Assembly: GCF_964194155.1 (NCBI RefSeq)
Contig: NC_135879.1
Coordinates: 157,294,001 to 157,358,000, forward strand
Reading direction: 5' to 3'
Length of the DNA stretch: 64,000 nt
Source of the DNA: Cetorhinus maximus
Lineage: Eukaryota
Shown: positions 51,857 through 64,000 of the stretch, one piece after another
Layout: every line of letters starts with the position of its first letter
Numbering within the stretch: position 1 is the stretch's first letter
Notes under the pieces: model-generated
Seen by the model: only the letters and a program-made list of their open reading frames with translations
Told to the model about the DNA's origin: nothing
Databases searched by the model: none
Position numbers and translations under genes: made by a program

Positions 51857-54800
51857 GTGTTTGACTCTTGACTGCCCTCTGAAATGGCCTTGCAAGCCAC
51901 TCAGTTGTACCAATCCAAAACAGGAAAGTCAAAAGGGAGCAAAACTGGATAAATCACCCGCCATCGAACTAGGCACCAAAAAAGGAAATGGCACGCCCTG
52001 CCCAGTTGACCCTGCAAAGTCCTCCTCACTAACATCTGAGAGCTTGTGCCAAAATTGGGAAAGTTGTCCCACAGACTGTGCAAGCAGCCTGCTTGTTTGG
52101 CACCCCTTCCACAAACATTCACACCCTCCACCAATGAGCAGTGTGTACGATCTACAAGATGCACTGCAGAAAATTACTTAGGCAGCACCTTCCAAACCCA
52201 CTACCATCTAGAAGGGCAAGGGCAGCAGATGCACGGGAATACCACCACCTGGAAGTTCCCCTCCAAGCCACTCACCACCCTGGCTTGGAAATGTATCGCC
52301 ATTCCTCCCCTGCTGCTGGGTCAAAATCCTGGAACTCTCTCCCTAACTGTGGGTGTACCTATATTACATAGACTGCAGTGGCTCAAGAAGGCAGCTCACC
52401 ACTACCTTCTCAAAGGCAATAAGGGATGGGCAATAAATGCTGGCCTAGCCAGTGGTGCCCACATCCTGTAAATGAATTTTAAAAATTCATAGAATTATAC
52501 CTTACAGCTAATGTCCCAGGCTCCTCCATCACCATCCTTGGGTATGTTCTGCGTCATACCAGACAGAGGTGGCGGCACAGTGCTTTACAGTCAGGAGAGA
52601 TTGTCCTGGGAGTCCTTATATTGACTTCGGACCCCACAAATTCTCATGGCATTAGGTTAACATGAGCAAGGAAACCTCCTACTGTTTACCACTTATCATC
52701 TTCCCTCAGCTGATGAATCAATTTTCCTCCATGTTGAACACCACTTGGAAGAAGCACCAAGTGTGGCAAGGGTGCAGGATGTACTTGGGTGGGAAATTTC
52801 AATGTCCATCACCAAGGGTGGCTCAGTAGCACCACTACTGACTGAGCTGGCTGAGTCCTGCAGGACCATCTTTGGCAAGTGGTGAGGAATTCAACACGAG
52901 GGAACAAAACTAATTTACCTTTCCCTCTCTGATCCACATATCATGGATACATATGCCCATGACAGAATTTGTGGGAGTGACCACCAGACAGTCCTTGTGG
53001 AGACAAAGTCCCAACTTTACCTTGAGGATATCCTCCATCGTGTTGTGTGGCATTGCCACCATTCGAAATGGAGTACATTTCGAACAGATCTAGCAACTCA
53101 AGACTGGGCGACCATGAGGTGCTGTGGGCCATCAGCAGCAGCAGAATTGTATTCAACCACAAGCTGTAACCTCATGGTGCAACATATCTCTCACTGTTAA
53201 CACTGCTTCAAGCCAGGGGATCAACCCTAGTTCAATGAAGAGTGCAGGAAGGCATGCCAGGAGCAGCACCAGGCATACTTAAAAATGAAGTATTAACCTG
53301 GTGAAGCTACAACACAGGACTACTTGCGTGTCAAAAAGCATAAGCTGCAAGTGAAAGACAAAGCTAAGCGATTCCACAACCAACAGGTCAGACCCACACT
53401 CTGCAGTCCTGCCACATGCAGTTGTGAATGGTGATGGACAATTAAATAACTAACAGAGGAGGAGGCTCCACAGATATCACCATCCTCAATGATGGGGGAG
53501 CCCAGCACCTCAGTGCAAAAGACAAAGCTGAAGCATTTGCAACTACCTTCAGCCAGAAGTGCCGAATGGATAATCCATTTTGGTTTCCTCCTGAGGTCCT
53601 CAGCATCACAGATGCCAGTTTCAGCCAATTTGATTCATATGCCATGTGATATCAAAAAACTACTGTTACTGGACACAGCAAAGGTTATGAGCAATGACAA
53701 CATTGTGGCAGTTGTGCTGAAGACTTGTGCTGCAGAACTAACTGCGGCCCTAGCAAAGCTGTTCCAGCATAATTAACAACACTGACATCTACCCGACAAT
53801 GTGGAACACTGCCCAGATATGTCCTGCCCAGAAAAAACAGGACGAATCCAGTCTGGCCAGTTCGTGCCTCATCAGTCTAATCTTGATCATCCGAAAAGTG
53901 ATGGAAAGTGTTGTCAGTAGTGCTATCAAGTGGCACTTACACAGCAATATCCTGCTCGCTGGTGCTCACTTTGGGTTCCGCCAGGGCCAATCTGCCCCTG
54001 ACCTCATTACAGCCTTGGTCCAACATGGACAAAAGAACTGAACTCAAGAGGTGACGTGAGAGTGACTGCCCTTGACGTCAAGGCAGCAGTTGACTGAGTA
54101 TAGAATCAAGGAACCCTCACAAAACTGGAAGTCAATAGGAATTTGGGTTGTGTGGTGGAGGGCTGCATGGTGAAAACTCTCCACTGGTTAGAGTAAAATT
54201 TAGCACAAAGGAAGATGGAATAAACAAAAATTGCTGGAAAAACTTAGCGGGTCAGGCAGCACCTCTGGTGCTAATGGTTCAGGTCGATGACCTTTCATCA
54301 GAACTCAACAAAGGATGAGTTGGTGATTTCATGGTAAAGTCACTGGACTAGTAATCCAGAGGCCCAGGCTGATGTTCTGAGGACTTGTGTTCAAATACTA
54401 CCACTGGTGGAATTTGAATTCAACTAATAAATCTGGAACTGAAAGCTATTCTCAGTAATGGTAACTATGAAATTGTTTTCCGTAAAAACCCATCTGGTTC
54501 ACTAATGTCCTTTAGGGAAGGAAATCTGCCGTCCTTACCTGGTCAGGCCTACATGTGACTCCAGACCCTCAGCAATGACTTCTAACTTCCGTCCGAAATG
54601 ACCGAGAAGCCACTCAGTTCAAGGGCAATTAGGGTTGGGCAACAAATGTTCGTCTTGCCAGCAATGCCCACATCCCATGAAAGAATTCTAAAAATGCTGA
54701 ATTTTTCCAGTATTTTTGTTCTTATTTCAGATTTACAGTATCTGCAGCAGTTTGTTTTTGTACATAGGAAATTAATTATGATTGTTGGAGGCCAATCATC

Positions 54801-55742
54801 TCAGTCCCAGGGCGTTGCTGCAGGAGTTCCTCAGGGTAGTGTCCTAGGCCCAATCATCTTCAGCTATTTTATCAATGACTTTCCTTCCATCAGAAGGTCA
54901 AAAGTGGGGATGTTCGCTGATGACTGCACAATGTTCAGCACCATTAGTGACTCCTTTGATACTGAAACACTGCCCATATGCAGCAAGACCTGGACAACAT
55001 TCATGCTTGAGCTGATAGGTGGCAAGGAATATTCATGCCACACAGCCTGGCGGCTGTGACCATCTTCAAAACAAGAATCTAACCACCTTTGCTTGACATT
55101 CAATGGCGTTACCATTGCTGAATCCCCACCAAAATCCTGGGGATTGCCACTGACCAGAAACATTGACCAGCTACAAGATCAGGTCAGAGACCAGAAATTC
55201 TGTGGCAAGTAACACACTACCTGACCCCACAAAGCCTGTCCAACATCTACAAGGCAGAAGTCAGGATTGTGGAATACTCTCCCCTTGCCTGAATGGCTCC
55301 AACAATACTCAAGAAGCTCAACAGCACCTGGGACAAAGCAGCCCGCTTGATTGGCACACCATCCATCATCTTAAAACATTCTCTGTCTCCACCATGGCGT
55401 ACAGTGACAACAGTATGTACCATCTACAAGATGCATTGCAACAACTCGCCAAGGGTGCATCTAAAGCATCTTCCAAACCCATGACCCCTACCACCTAGAA
55501 GAACAAGGTCAGCGAACTCCCACCCAAGTCACACATTATCGTGAGTTGGATCTACATCGTCTCACATTCACTGTCACTGGGTCAAAATCCTGGAACTCCC
55601 TTCCTAGTTGGAGCTGTACAGGCTGAACTGCACTGATTCAAGAAGGCAGCTCATCATCATCATCTCAAGGGCAATTAAGGATGGGCAACAAATGCTGGCC
55701 TGGCCAGTGACCCTCATATTCCATGAAATAGTTTAAAAAAAA
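51857..55742 (+). mobile_element. Second near full-length LINE family A copy (older) with three nested insertions
   Basis: End of the head ttgactcttgactgccctctgaaatggcc...cactcagtt runs into PCKVLLTNI*ELVPKLG (EN), then SDHQTV, HFGFRQG, GVPQGSVLGP, FADD and the 3' tail. Inserts at 52082-52485 and 54219-54762 (the latter containing 54313-54694). Confidence 0.88.
54313..54694 (+). mobile_element. Family-A-derived bipartite SINE nested in a Penelope-derived element within the LINE
   Basis: gtcactggactagtaatccagagg...cactcagtt|caagggcaattaggg...aaaaa. Confidence 0.85.
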
Positions 55743-55979
55743 TTAGACCCACTTTAAAATTTATGTATCGAGGTAAAATTTTTGCAGAGGTTCTCCAATC
55801 TCCTACCATAACTTCAGCGGAAGATGGGGTAAAACATCAAAGAAGTGGCATAAATGGCTCTATATGCCATTTTTCTAGGATTCTCATTGATCTTTATTGA
55901 AACAAAGGCAGGGGATTGGAAAAGCTCCCATGTAAATTACTTACAAGTGTATTAAAAAATGTATGTGTGCAATAACATT

Positions 55980-56635
55980 AACAACAGCTTGGTTTCGCAT
56001 AAGAATACAAGAAGTAATAACATGAGTAAAATCTTTTGTCGGACCTTTAATGAAAAACATCCCAAGGAGATTTAGAAGCTGAGCCAAAAGAAAGATTAGG
56101 AGGCCTATTGAAATGCTTGTTTTAAAAGGTGGGTTTCAAGGAATTCTTAAATGAGCGGTGTAGTGGTAGAATAAAAACAGAAAATGCTTGAAAAACTCAG
56201 CAGGTCTGGCAGCATCTGTGGAGAGAAACAGAATTAACTTTCAAGTCCAATATGACTTCTTCGGAGAGGTGGAATGGTTTGAGATGTGCATTCCAGAGAT
56301 TGGAACTTAGGCAACTGAAGGCATGGCTGCCAAATATGGTGTAGCACAAGAGTAGGCAAAAGGAGCCAGAGTCAGAGGAACAGAGTTTGGGGGTGATCGT
56401 CAGGCTGGAGGAGACAGGGGTATGGAGATGAGGTTATGGAGGGGTTTAAAACACAAGTATGAGAATTTTAAAAGTTAGCAACTTTGGGAAGCAAGAAGCT
56501 AAATGTAGGTTAGCAAGGATGAGGCAATGGGAAACACAGCACAATATATGGGTCAGAGTTTTGGAAGAACTAAAGGTGATAAATGGTGGAGATTGGGAGC
56601 CTAAACAGGAGATTATCATAGGAATAGTTTCAAGT
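55980..56635 (-). mobile_element. L2-type LINE 3' region with a Penelope-derived insert (about 56170-56264)
   Basis: cattccagag...aggcaactgaaggcatggctgcc...gagaattttaaaa are typical antisense L2 3' ORF2 motifs. Insert aaaacagaaaatgcttgaaaaactcagcaggtctggcagcatctgtggagag. Confidence 0.65.
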
Positions 56636-58304
56636 TCCTGACCACAACCAGCTTTTTACACTCTGGAACAAAGAGGCGAGTTGGCCAAAAGTATTTCCCC
56701 AACAGCTCACTGCTAGGATTTTTCATCTGAAATAGGTAAATGAAGCAATATTTGTTTTAAATAATATAATTTTCCCCCTGAACATTGATGGGGAAATGTT
56801 TTGTATGGCTTTGGGGAGCGAAGAGAATTAGTTCTTTCCTCTCATTCCCTCAAACTATGGGCAGCCCCTCTACTCAGCCTCTTGATGCCTCTTTCCAAAG
56901 CTAAGATGCCCAAGGACCATCCTCCAGCACTAAAACAGGCACAACATTCTGGAAATGGACAGGAGAAGCTGTGAAGTGTATGTATGCAGCTGTGCTCCTG
57001 GTCATCAACATCTTGGTTTTCTGAATATTAGCTATTGCTAGAGAGCAGCAGCCAGAAGACCCCATGTCCCATTGATTGAGCTGGATAGGGTGGGGTGGGG
57101 TGAGAGGAGTATTCTGTTATCAGATTCAGCACTTCCAGAGTACAACAAATAATAGCCCCTCAAATGGTGCTGTGCTGATTCTTTCCTGGCAGTTGCAACT
57201 AGCACCATGTCCCAGAAGCTGATGTGCATCGTGATAAGTTGACATGTTACGGACACTGATGTATCTACATATTTGTTTGAGGCAAATTCCTTCTCTCACT
57301 CTATTCGATCATACTAATAAATGTGACAGTGTTTGCAGATTGATGACATAAACTCTGTGAACTAGATGTTCTGAAACTTAGAATGATATCGCACATGTGT
57401 AATCGTATGGCACATGTCACTCATATTCTAAGCGTCAAAGCAAACTGGATTCATACTGCTATAGGTTGGCATTACTTTCAGTTTGCCTATTCAGCAAGAA
57501 TGACCTGCTGACAATATCATGAAGTATAAAAGCAGCAATGGAGCGGTACGGAATTTAGAAAGCTGGTAACTGTATAGAGTTGTGCAAAATAAGCATTCCT
57601 TACATACTTAATAAATTAACTAATTGGAGATAAGTCACATATGATGTCATTGTGATTTTCAATTTCTGTTCGTCTTTCTGAATGGCTGGATGAACAAGAG
57701 CTTTTTTTTTAATACAAAGTGAATTGCTAGTCAGCATTACATCTACCCTCAGCAGTAGGAGTCAATGGAATGATAGTGAAGACAGGCATGCTGTTATCTA
57801 AAGTTCTGGAAATGTTTAGGAGTTATCAGCTGAATATAAGGAGTTTCTGAGTAACAATATTTTGGATTCTTCATGATTAGGCAAAGCTTGTTAACAGTTA
57901 AGCACTTAAGAGTGCACTAAATTTTGCTAATAACTGTACTTGGACAAAAGAGGGAAAAGAAAGGAAGCTACTTAAAATATAAATTGTAATCTGGCAATTA
58001 TGAAACATTTAGATTTTCACTTGAGCTTTCATAGGCAGATATTTTGCTTTAATTCATTCACCTAAACTGATTACCCAAGTATGCATTCACCTGATCAGAA
58101 TTTTGAAAAGTATAATAAGCACTCTTTGTGTTGATAGTTCACTTCGTAATACATATATAATTCTAACACAGTCTTTCTGCATCATAAACGTGAAGTGACT
58201 AAAGCCATGTCATTGACTTATCAAGGCTGCGATTGTATTAAGGTACTGTTAAAGAAACATAATGGAATTACAGTTATCATATGTAAAATTTTACTTCATT
58301 TCAG

Positions 58305-58580
58305 GTATACATTAAAGTAATTGATACAAATGACCATCGGCCTGTGTTTTCAAAACCAAAATATGAAGTCAATATCCCAGAAGACACAATTCCTGAAACA
58401 ATAATTCTGCAAGTTAGTGCCAGTGATAAGGATGAGAAGAACAAGATGATTTATATTCTTCAAAGCAGCACAGATCCAAACAGTCTGAAAAAATTTAGGC
58501 TGGATCCTGGGACTGGGATTCTCTTTACAGCTGAAAGGCTGGACCATGAGACCAAGCATCAGCATGTGCTTACTTTAATG
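58305..58580 (+). CDS. FAT1: FAT1 coding exon (276 nt, phase 0-0; equivalent to human exon 8)
   Basis: tttcag|GTA TAC ATT...TTA ATG|gtaagt. VYIKVIDTNDHRPVFSKPKYEVNIPED...LDHETKHQHVLTLM. Confidence 0.97.
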
Positions 58581-60028
58581 GTAAGTGCAATATTCTGAGA
58601 AAATGTATTTTCTTGATGCATTTCAGCTTTTATCACAGTCAATTCTTTTAATAATTTTATGAGTGTAGACTTTCCCTTTTTTCCATCTTTCATCAATTAA
58701 ATTGGACTATAGGCAGCAGATTGAAGGACTGGTTTGGTTTTTTTCAAGGTGAGTGATGGCTATACCAGAGACTGTACTCATCTGGAACTCATTGCTTTGT
58801 TTGTATGCTCTAGATTTATGTTTTGTGATCCTTTCACCATGATTGCCTATAACTATTCTCCAAATGAGTTGAAACAGCCATGACTGCATTTTAAGAGTTT
58901 AGAGAAACATTTGTTCCATAAGGTGCTGCTGCCAAACTTAGCCTCCTTTTTAATGTAGGTCCACTACAGCTTCCTGGGATCAATCTACATGCTGGACTTC
59001 CTCTAGTTAGAGCTGTGTCATCATTAGCTATCAACAGTGCTCACCAATACTCTCTAGTAATGTGCTGTTCCTTGATACTTGAGCATGTGGTGCCCCTCGG
59101 GTAATTCACTGGGGTCTCCTTGCTTTGAGGAGAGCAGGTGTTGGCACTTCATGATTACAGATGCATAATCCATTTGGTTACTGCATTGTCAGTAAATGTA
59201 GTATTTTTTGCTTATGCAGAATCAGTAAACATAGGCATACAGTTGTAAAGTATTATTTAAGCATTTCAGTTTATGGTTTTATGCACCTAACTAGTCTTAT
59301 CCTTTGTTGTCATATCCATAGTGCCCAGTGGCTTCTAAATTTTTCTCTCCATCCTGAACAAATGTGCCTTTAATTCCTTTAAAAGTAAGAGCAGTAAGGA
59401 TTGAGAATGGTGATAAGAACCATGGAAATCCCTTGTTGCAATATATTTTCTTTCCTATCATGACAGATCCCATAATTTACGTAACTTCTGTATTTTTACT
59501 TCAAGTCCCTTATGCTAACCTTTTTTTACATTTAGAAGCTACTACTTCAGGACCATAAGTATTCACCTGTTCCCATTTTATGTCATAATTATTATTTATG
59601 CTTTCCTTTTGTATTCTTTAAATGAGGACCTTCCCCCTGACTTCCAGTCAGGGCCTCTAAGTGATAGAGATGGTACTGACCTTGTATGTCACATATTCCC
59701 ATCCTTCCCACTTATTTATATAATTGGCTGTCCTTTCTAATGAAAATTTCTGTCCGTGGTTCCGTCACTTGCAAAGTTTTGCTGCTGCTGCAGTTCAAAC
59801 AATGGAGGTGAAATTGGCCAAAATGGGTAGCAGTGAAAAGGCAGCACACTTTGTGCTTCACCTGATTTTCTTTACCGTTGATGTGAAAATCAGAATGGGG
59901 CATAAAACTGGCTGCCCATCTGCTATCCCCAGTTTTGCCTCCATTCTAATTTTGAAGAGCATGCAAAGGAGCCATTAAGAGATTGTCAAACGATTCTTTT
60001 TATGATTCATTGTTAATTTCTTCCCAAG

Positions 60029-60239
60029 GTTCGAGATCAAGATGTTCCTGTCAAACGCAATTATGTGAGAGTCATTATCAATGTTGAAGATACCAACGAC
60101 CATGCACCATGGTTTACAAGTTCTTCGTATACTGGTCATGTGTATGAATCTGCTGCAGTTGACTCAGCGGTGCTCCAGGTTACTGCACTGGATAAAGATA
60201 AAGGCCGAAATGCAGAAGTTACTTACTCTATTGAATCAG
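60029..60239 (+). CDS. FAT1: FAT1 coding exon (211 nt, phase 0-1; equivalent to human exon 9)
   Basis: ttcccaag|GTT CGA GAT...GAA TCA G|gtaatt. [29 protein letters not shown]...[19 protein letters not shown]. Confidence 0.97.
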
Positions 60240-61504
60240 GTAATTATTTTTACCACCATTTTCTTGGCTTGAGACTTGAGTTACTGAACATTGGGTATAA
60301 ACAGGAAAAGCTGGAAACTATCCAACAGGATACTCAGTATCTGTAAAGAGATAAGACAGCATGATGTTTCAGATATATATATCGTTCATCAGAGCTATAA
60401 ACCAAAACATCATAAATAAGCATTTCAGTGTTTGATAAAAAAAATAGAAAGAAGGATTGGGGGATGGGGGCGAACAGATACACAAATCACATTGAAGGAG
60501 TTTAATAGGCTGAATAACCTGTAAAATATTTGTGAGAAGACTGTCAGAAAAAACATTAAAACTGAAGTCATTATAAACGTTAAAAAAGAAGATTCACACG
60601 AACAAAAAGGTGAGAAAATGAGGAAATTCAAGAAATTTTAAAATAAGAGAAGAAAATCATATGGAGGAGGTTGAAATGAAAACAGGAAATACTGACTGAA
60701 CACAAATGGGGGCGATTTTCAAGTTGGGTGGAAAATGGACCTGATATCAGCTATGTAACCACCCTTCCCACTACCACCACCACCACCACCATTCAAAAGG
60801 TCCGAGTCAGGAGGCTGAAACTATCTGCAGATTCAGGTCACATTTAAATTTTACTAGTTAGCTGTGGCTCTAATTGATAACAATTTCCAGTTTTGTGGGG
60901 TGAATTCAGTATGTAACGATTATGAACAGAGAATTGTGGGGAGCTTTCATATCCAAATTGCTGATATGCAGTCTGGAGTGCAAGGTTTCATGTCAGTAGT
61001 GCATATTTGTTAAATTATGTCTCAAATGTACTGATTTTTATATTCTAATTAGTATAAATAATTGGATTGTGTGGTGATGAATCTCATTGGCACATTGTTA
61101 ACCTATGGAGACATTTTTTCCTATTTTCCCAGCATTGTATTTTATACAAGAAACAATGGTATTGTGGGTGGAAAATATGGTGAATGTCAGATTAAACATA
61201 TTGCAAGCACATTCCTCAGATGTCTGGAATGTTTTAGGCATTATTTATGAGACAGTTTGGATTTGTGTGGAAGGCAAAAAAATCTGAAATTCGAGAACTA
61301 CCAAGCAGTATGAAGTATTAAATGTTTCTTTTTGTTAAATTCAACTAATATATTTTTCAACATAAGTGACTGAGTGATTTGACCAAATTTTAGTTACTTT
61401 AATGTCTGGGAGACAGAAAGAGTTTAGGTTTGTTATGCACAGCACAAAATAACTGCCCAGACACTTTTAGTGAGCTTTGAACCCCATTACACATTTTAAA
61501 TAAA

Positions 61505-63029
61505 GGGTTAGATTTTCATCTTTGGGATTCAGGAGTCAGGAACTCCGAGAATGCTGAGGTGTGCAGGTTAGAAGGTCCACCTCTATACGCTGGGCCATTG
61601 GCTCAGTTCCATTCACAGTCGTTTGGCCCCCTAGCCCTCACCCCACCACCCACACCCCATGGCTCTTTCAAGCTCCCCATGCAACCTCCATAACCATTCT
61701 TCCAGTGTCCACGAAGTACAGAACCAATGAGCCCTATAATAACACCGGCAAGCATTTGAAATGACCATGGAACTATCAAAATAAACTGTCAAAACAGGAA
61801 TTCAAAACCTCCTTTTGCTCTTAGTTTCTATGTTTCTTACAAGGTCATAAAAATTGATAAAATAGCTATTCATACTTCCATGTAATAAAGCTTTAATCCT
61901 TGTAAACCCTTTAATCTTTTTCAAATAAACAAATAGGCATTGAAAAGCCACTTCAAGTAAAGCTCATGTTATTAAAAGCTCATAAAACTGTCAATCAAAC
62001 AAAGCAAAAAGTCTCATTCACGGCTGTGCAGAAAAGCCCTACAGAGCTGAATCCATTAGTGGGTTTGGAGCTCAGTAAAACATTCATAATTTAATTCCAT
62101 TGTACAGCTGCGTCCACAAATCCTCTAACACAAACGTATTGAAACCTTTCAAGTAAGCTGAACAGATGGCCAACCTGTCAATCAAAATCAACCATCTGGT
62201 GAGCAAGATAGCCATCTTGTAAGAAGGGCAATTTTTTCAAGGAGATTTTACACGCCTATTTGCTTATTTTGGCTGTTTTGTACGCGTTTTAAAGAATTAC
62301 CAGTATAATTAAAAGGCTCATTGGTTCTGCACCTATAGGATACTTGGAGGACTGCTTCAAAGGCTGAGCAGATGTCATGACGTTAAATCAATGTGAAAAT
62401 CATATAATAGGGTCTTCTCTATATAGAATGCAAAAGACCACTTTATCGACTGATAAAGTACTGCAGTGTATTGGAACACTCTCACAATGCTGGTCCATTT
62501 AATGGTCACTACGTTTTAGGAACAAGACCTATCATCAATCACTACATTAAAATTTACTGAAATTATCATACACTATCTAAATATGACTATATTGCGCTAT
62601 TGAGTGGGAGCAGGCTATTGAGTTGGATGATCAGCCATGATCATAATGAAGGGCTGAATTGCCTCCTACTGCTCTTATTTTCTATGTTTCTATGACATGA
62701 GAGTTTGGCAACACTTTTTAAACTAACCTGTCAAAAGGTTCCCATCTCCAAACTAGGCATTCCCCATGGTTCATGACTCCTATGAGGAGCCATGAACCTC
62801 ACCTCCCGTAAAAGGCTGCCTGACCCCATCAAAATTGCAGGCTCTGAAATGCCCACACCTGCAATGGAATAGGCAAGGGTGAGATTGCTGAGTGTGGGCT
62901 CATTATCTGCACCCTTATTGTGAGGCCATTAAAATGGGGGCAGGAATCCTAGAATCAGGTTATGTCCATCATTTTTAAATGCCCCCTGTCCCTGTTTCAA
63001 CATGAACAGAGGCATGAAAATCCAGAGCA
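61505..63029. mobile_element. Possible long Harbinger-type non-autonomous element
   Basis: TIR-like ends gggttagattttcat / atgaaaatccagagc; nested CR1 tail at about 62600-62700. Boundaries tentative. Confidence 0.4.
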
Positions 63030-63494
63030 GAGTTTGGCATGTGTGCAACTGATCCCACTTGATAACATTGAAAGGACATTGTTGAGTTTTAAATTACTTC
63101 ATTCATTTTAATTATTATAGCTTTGAGGATAATAATACTTTATGTAGTCTCTTTAGACTGTCACTGGAAGAAACAAGGTCCAAGGAATTAGATTCTGCCA
63201 CATTCATTTTACAAGCATAAAATGGATGCCTGACAGTCCAATGCAGTAAGCACTGTGTGCATGTTGATTCCTCGCCATAATGGTTAGGGCTCTTTTGTAG
63301 ATGTTTTTCAGACACTCTTTGGTAGAGGGCATAGTCCTACAGAGTTGAGCATTATGTCACCATTCTCCATCCAACATCATGACCAATTACTACCTGACTG
63401 TATTAATGTTATATCTTACCAATATATGTCTATCATATTCTATTTGAATATATTCTAATTTGTTGTTATAATATATGTACATTTGTCTTTGCAG

Positions 63495-64000
63495 GAAATA
63501 CTGGCAACAGTTTTGCCATTAATCCAATTTTAGGTTCTATTATCGTCGCAAAAGATCTGGATCGTAGTACACGGAGGCAGTATGAACTCATTGTCAAAGC
63601 AACCGATGGAGGACAGCCTCCAATGAGTACAATTACTACTGTTCGCATCTTTGTGACCATTTCAGATAATGCAGCACCCAAGTTTGCAGTCAAAGATTAC
63701 TATGCAGAGATAAGTGAAGGGGCAAGCATTGGCAGTTTTGTTATCCTGGCAACTGCATCCAGTCAATCATCTATTGTTTATGAAATAAAAGATGGAAATA
63801 CATACGGTGCATTTAACATCAACCCTAACTCGGGTGTCATAATCACTCAAAAGGCACTTGACAATGAAGGACTGGCTTCATACCGGCTTATAGTTCAAGC
63901 TACGAATATGGCTGGCTTGTCTACCAATATCACTGTTTTGATACACCTGCGAGATGAAAATGACAACATGCCAGTCTTCACTCAGTCAGAATATATAGGA
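63495..64000 (+). CDS. FAT1: FAT1 large coding exon, 5' part (equivalent to human exon 10; runs off the window)
   Basis: ctttgcag|GA AAT ACT GGC. Open frame to the window end: (G)NTGNSFAINPILGSIIVAKDLDRS...SDNAAPKF...LRDENDNMPVFTQSEYIG. Confidence 0.96.

Noticed and set aside
28401-64000. Assignment to FAT3, FAT2 or a protocadherin
   Set aside because: Diagnostic segments ([39 protein letters not shown]) match FAT1 as recalled. Only isolated residues look FAT3-like.

Overview
This is AT-rich vertebrate genomic DNA, most likely from a shark or other elasmobranch judging by its repeat content. The whole window lies inside the giant atypical cadherin gene FAT1 on the + strand. Seven coding exons with canonical AG/GT sites were found: 28401-28462, 37728-38057, 40217-40427, 50515-50654, 58305-58580, 60029-60239 and 63495 to the window end. 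Their splice phases join into one open cadherin-repeat frame, equivalent to human FAT1 exons 4-10; bases 1-28400 are intronic. The introns contain CR1, L2 and RTE fragments, Deu-domain-type SINEs, Penelope-derived inverted-repeat elements with hammerhead-like cores, PIF/Harbinger MITEs plus a Harbinger transposase fossil, hAT- and Tigger-like elements, and a C/T-rich minisatellite. The most unusual signal is an APE-RT non-LTR retrotransposon family of about 3.2 kb. It has no room for an ORF1, begins with a tRNA-derived Pol III (A/B-box) head and almost lacks TTTT terminators on its sense strand. Its companion SINEs are head+tail derivatives with several different junctions. All family assignments come from motif recognition, not database searches, and repeat boundaries are approximate unless a TSD is given.
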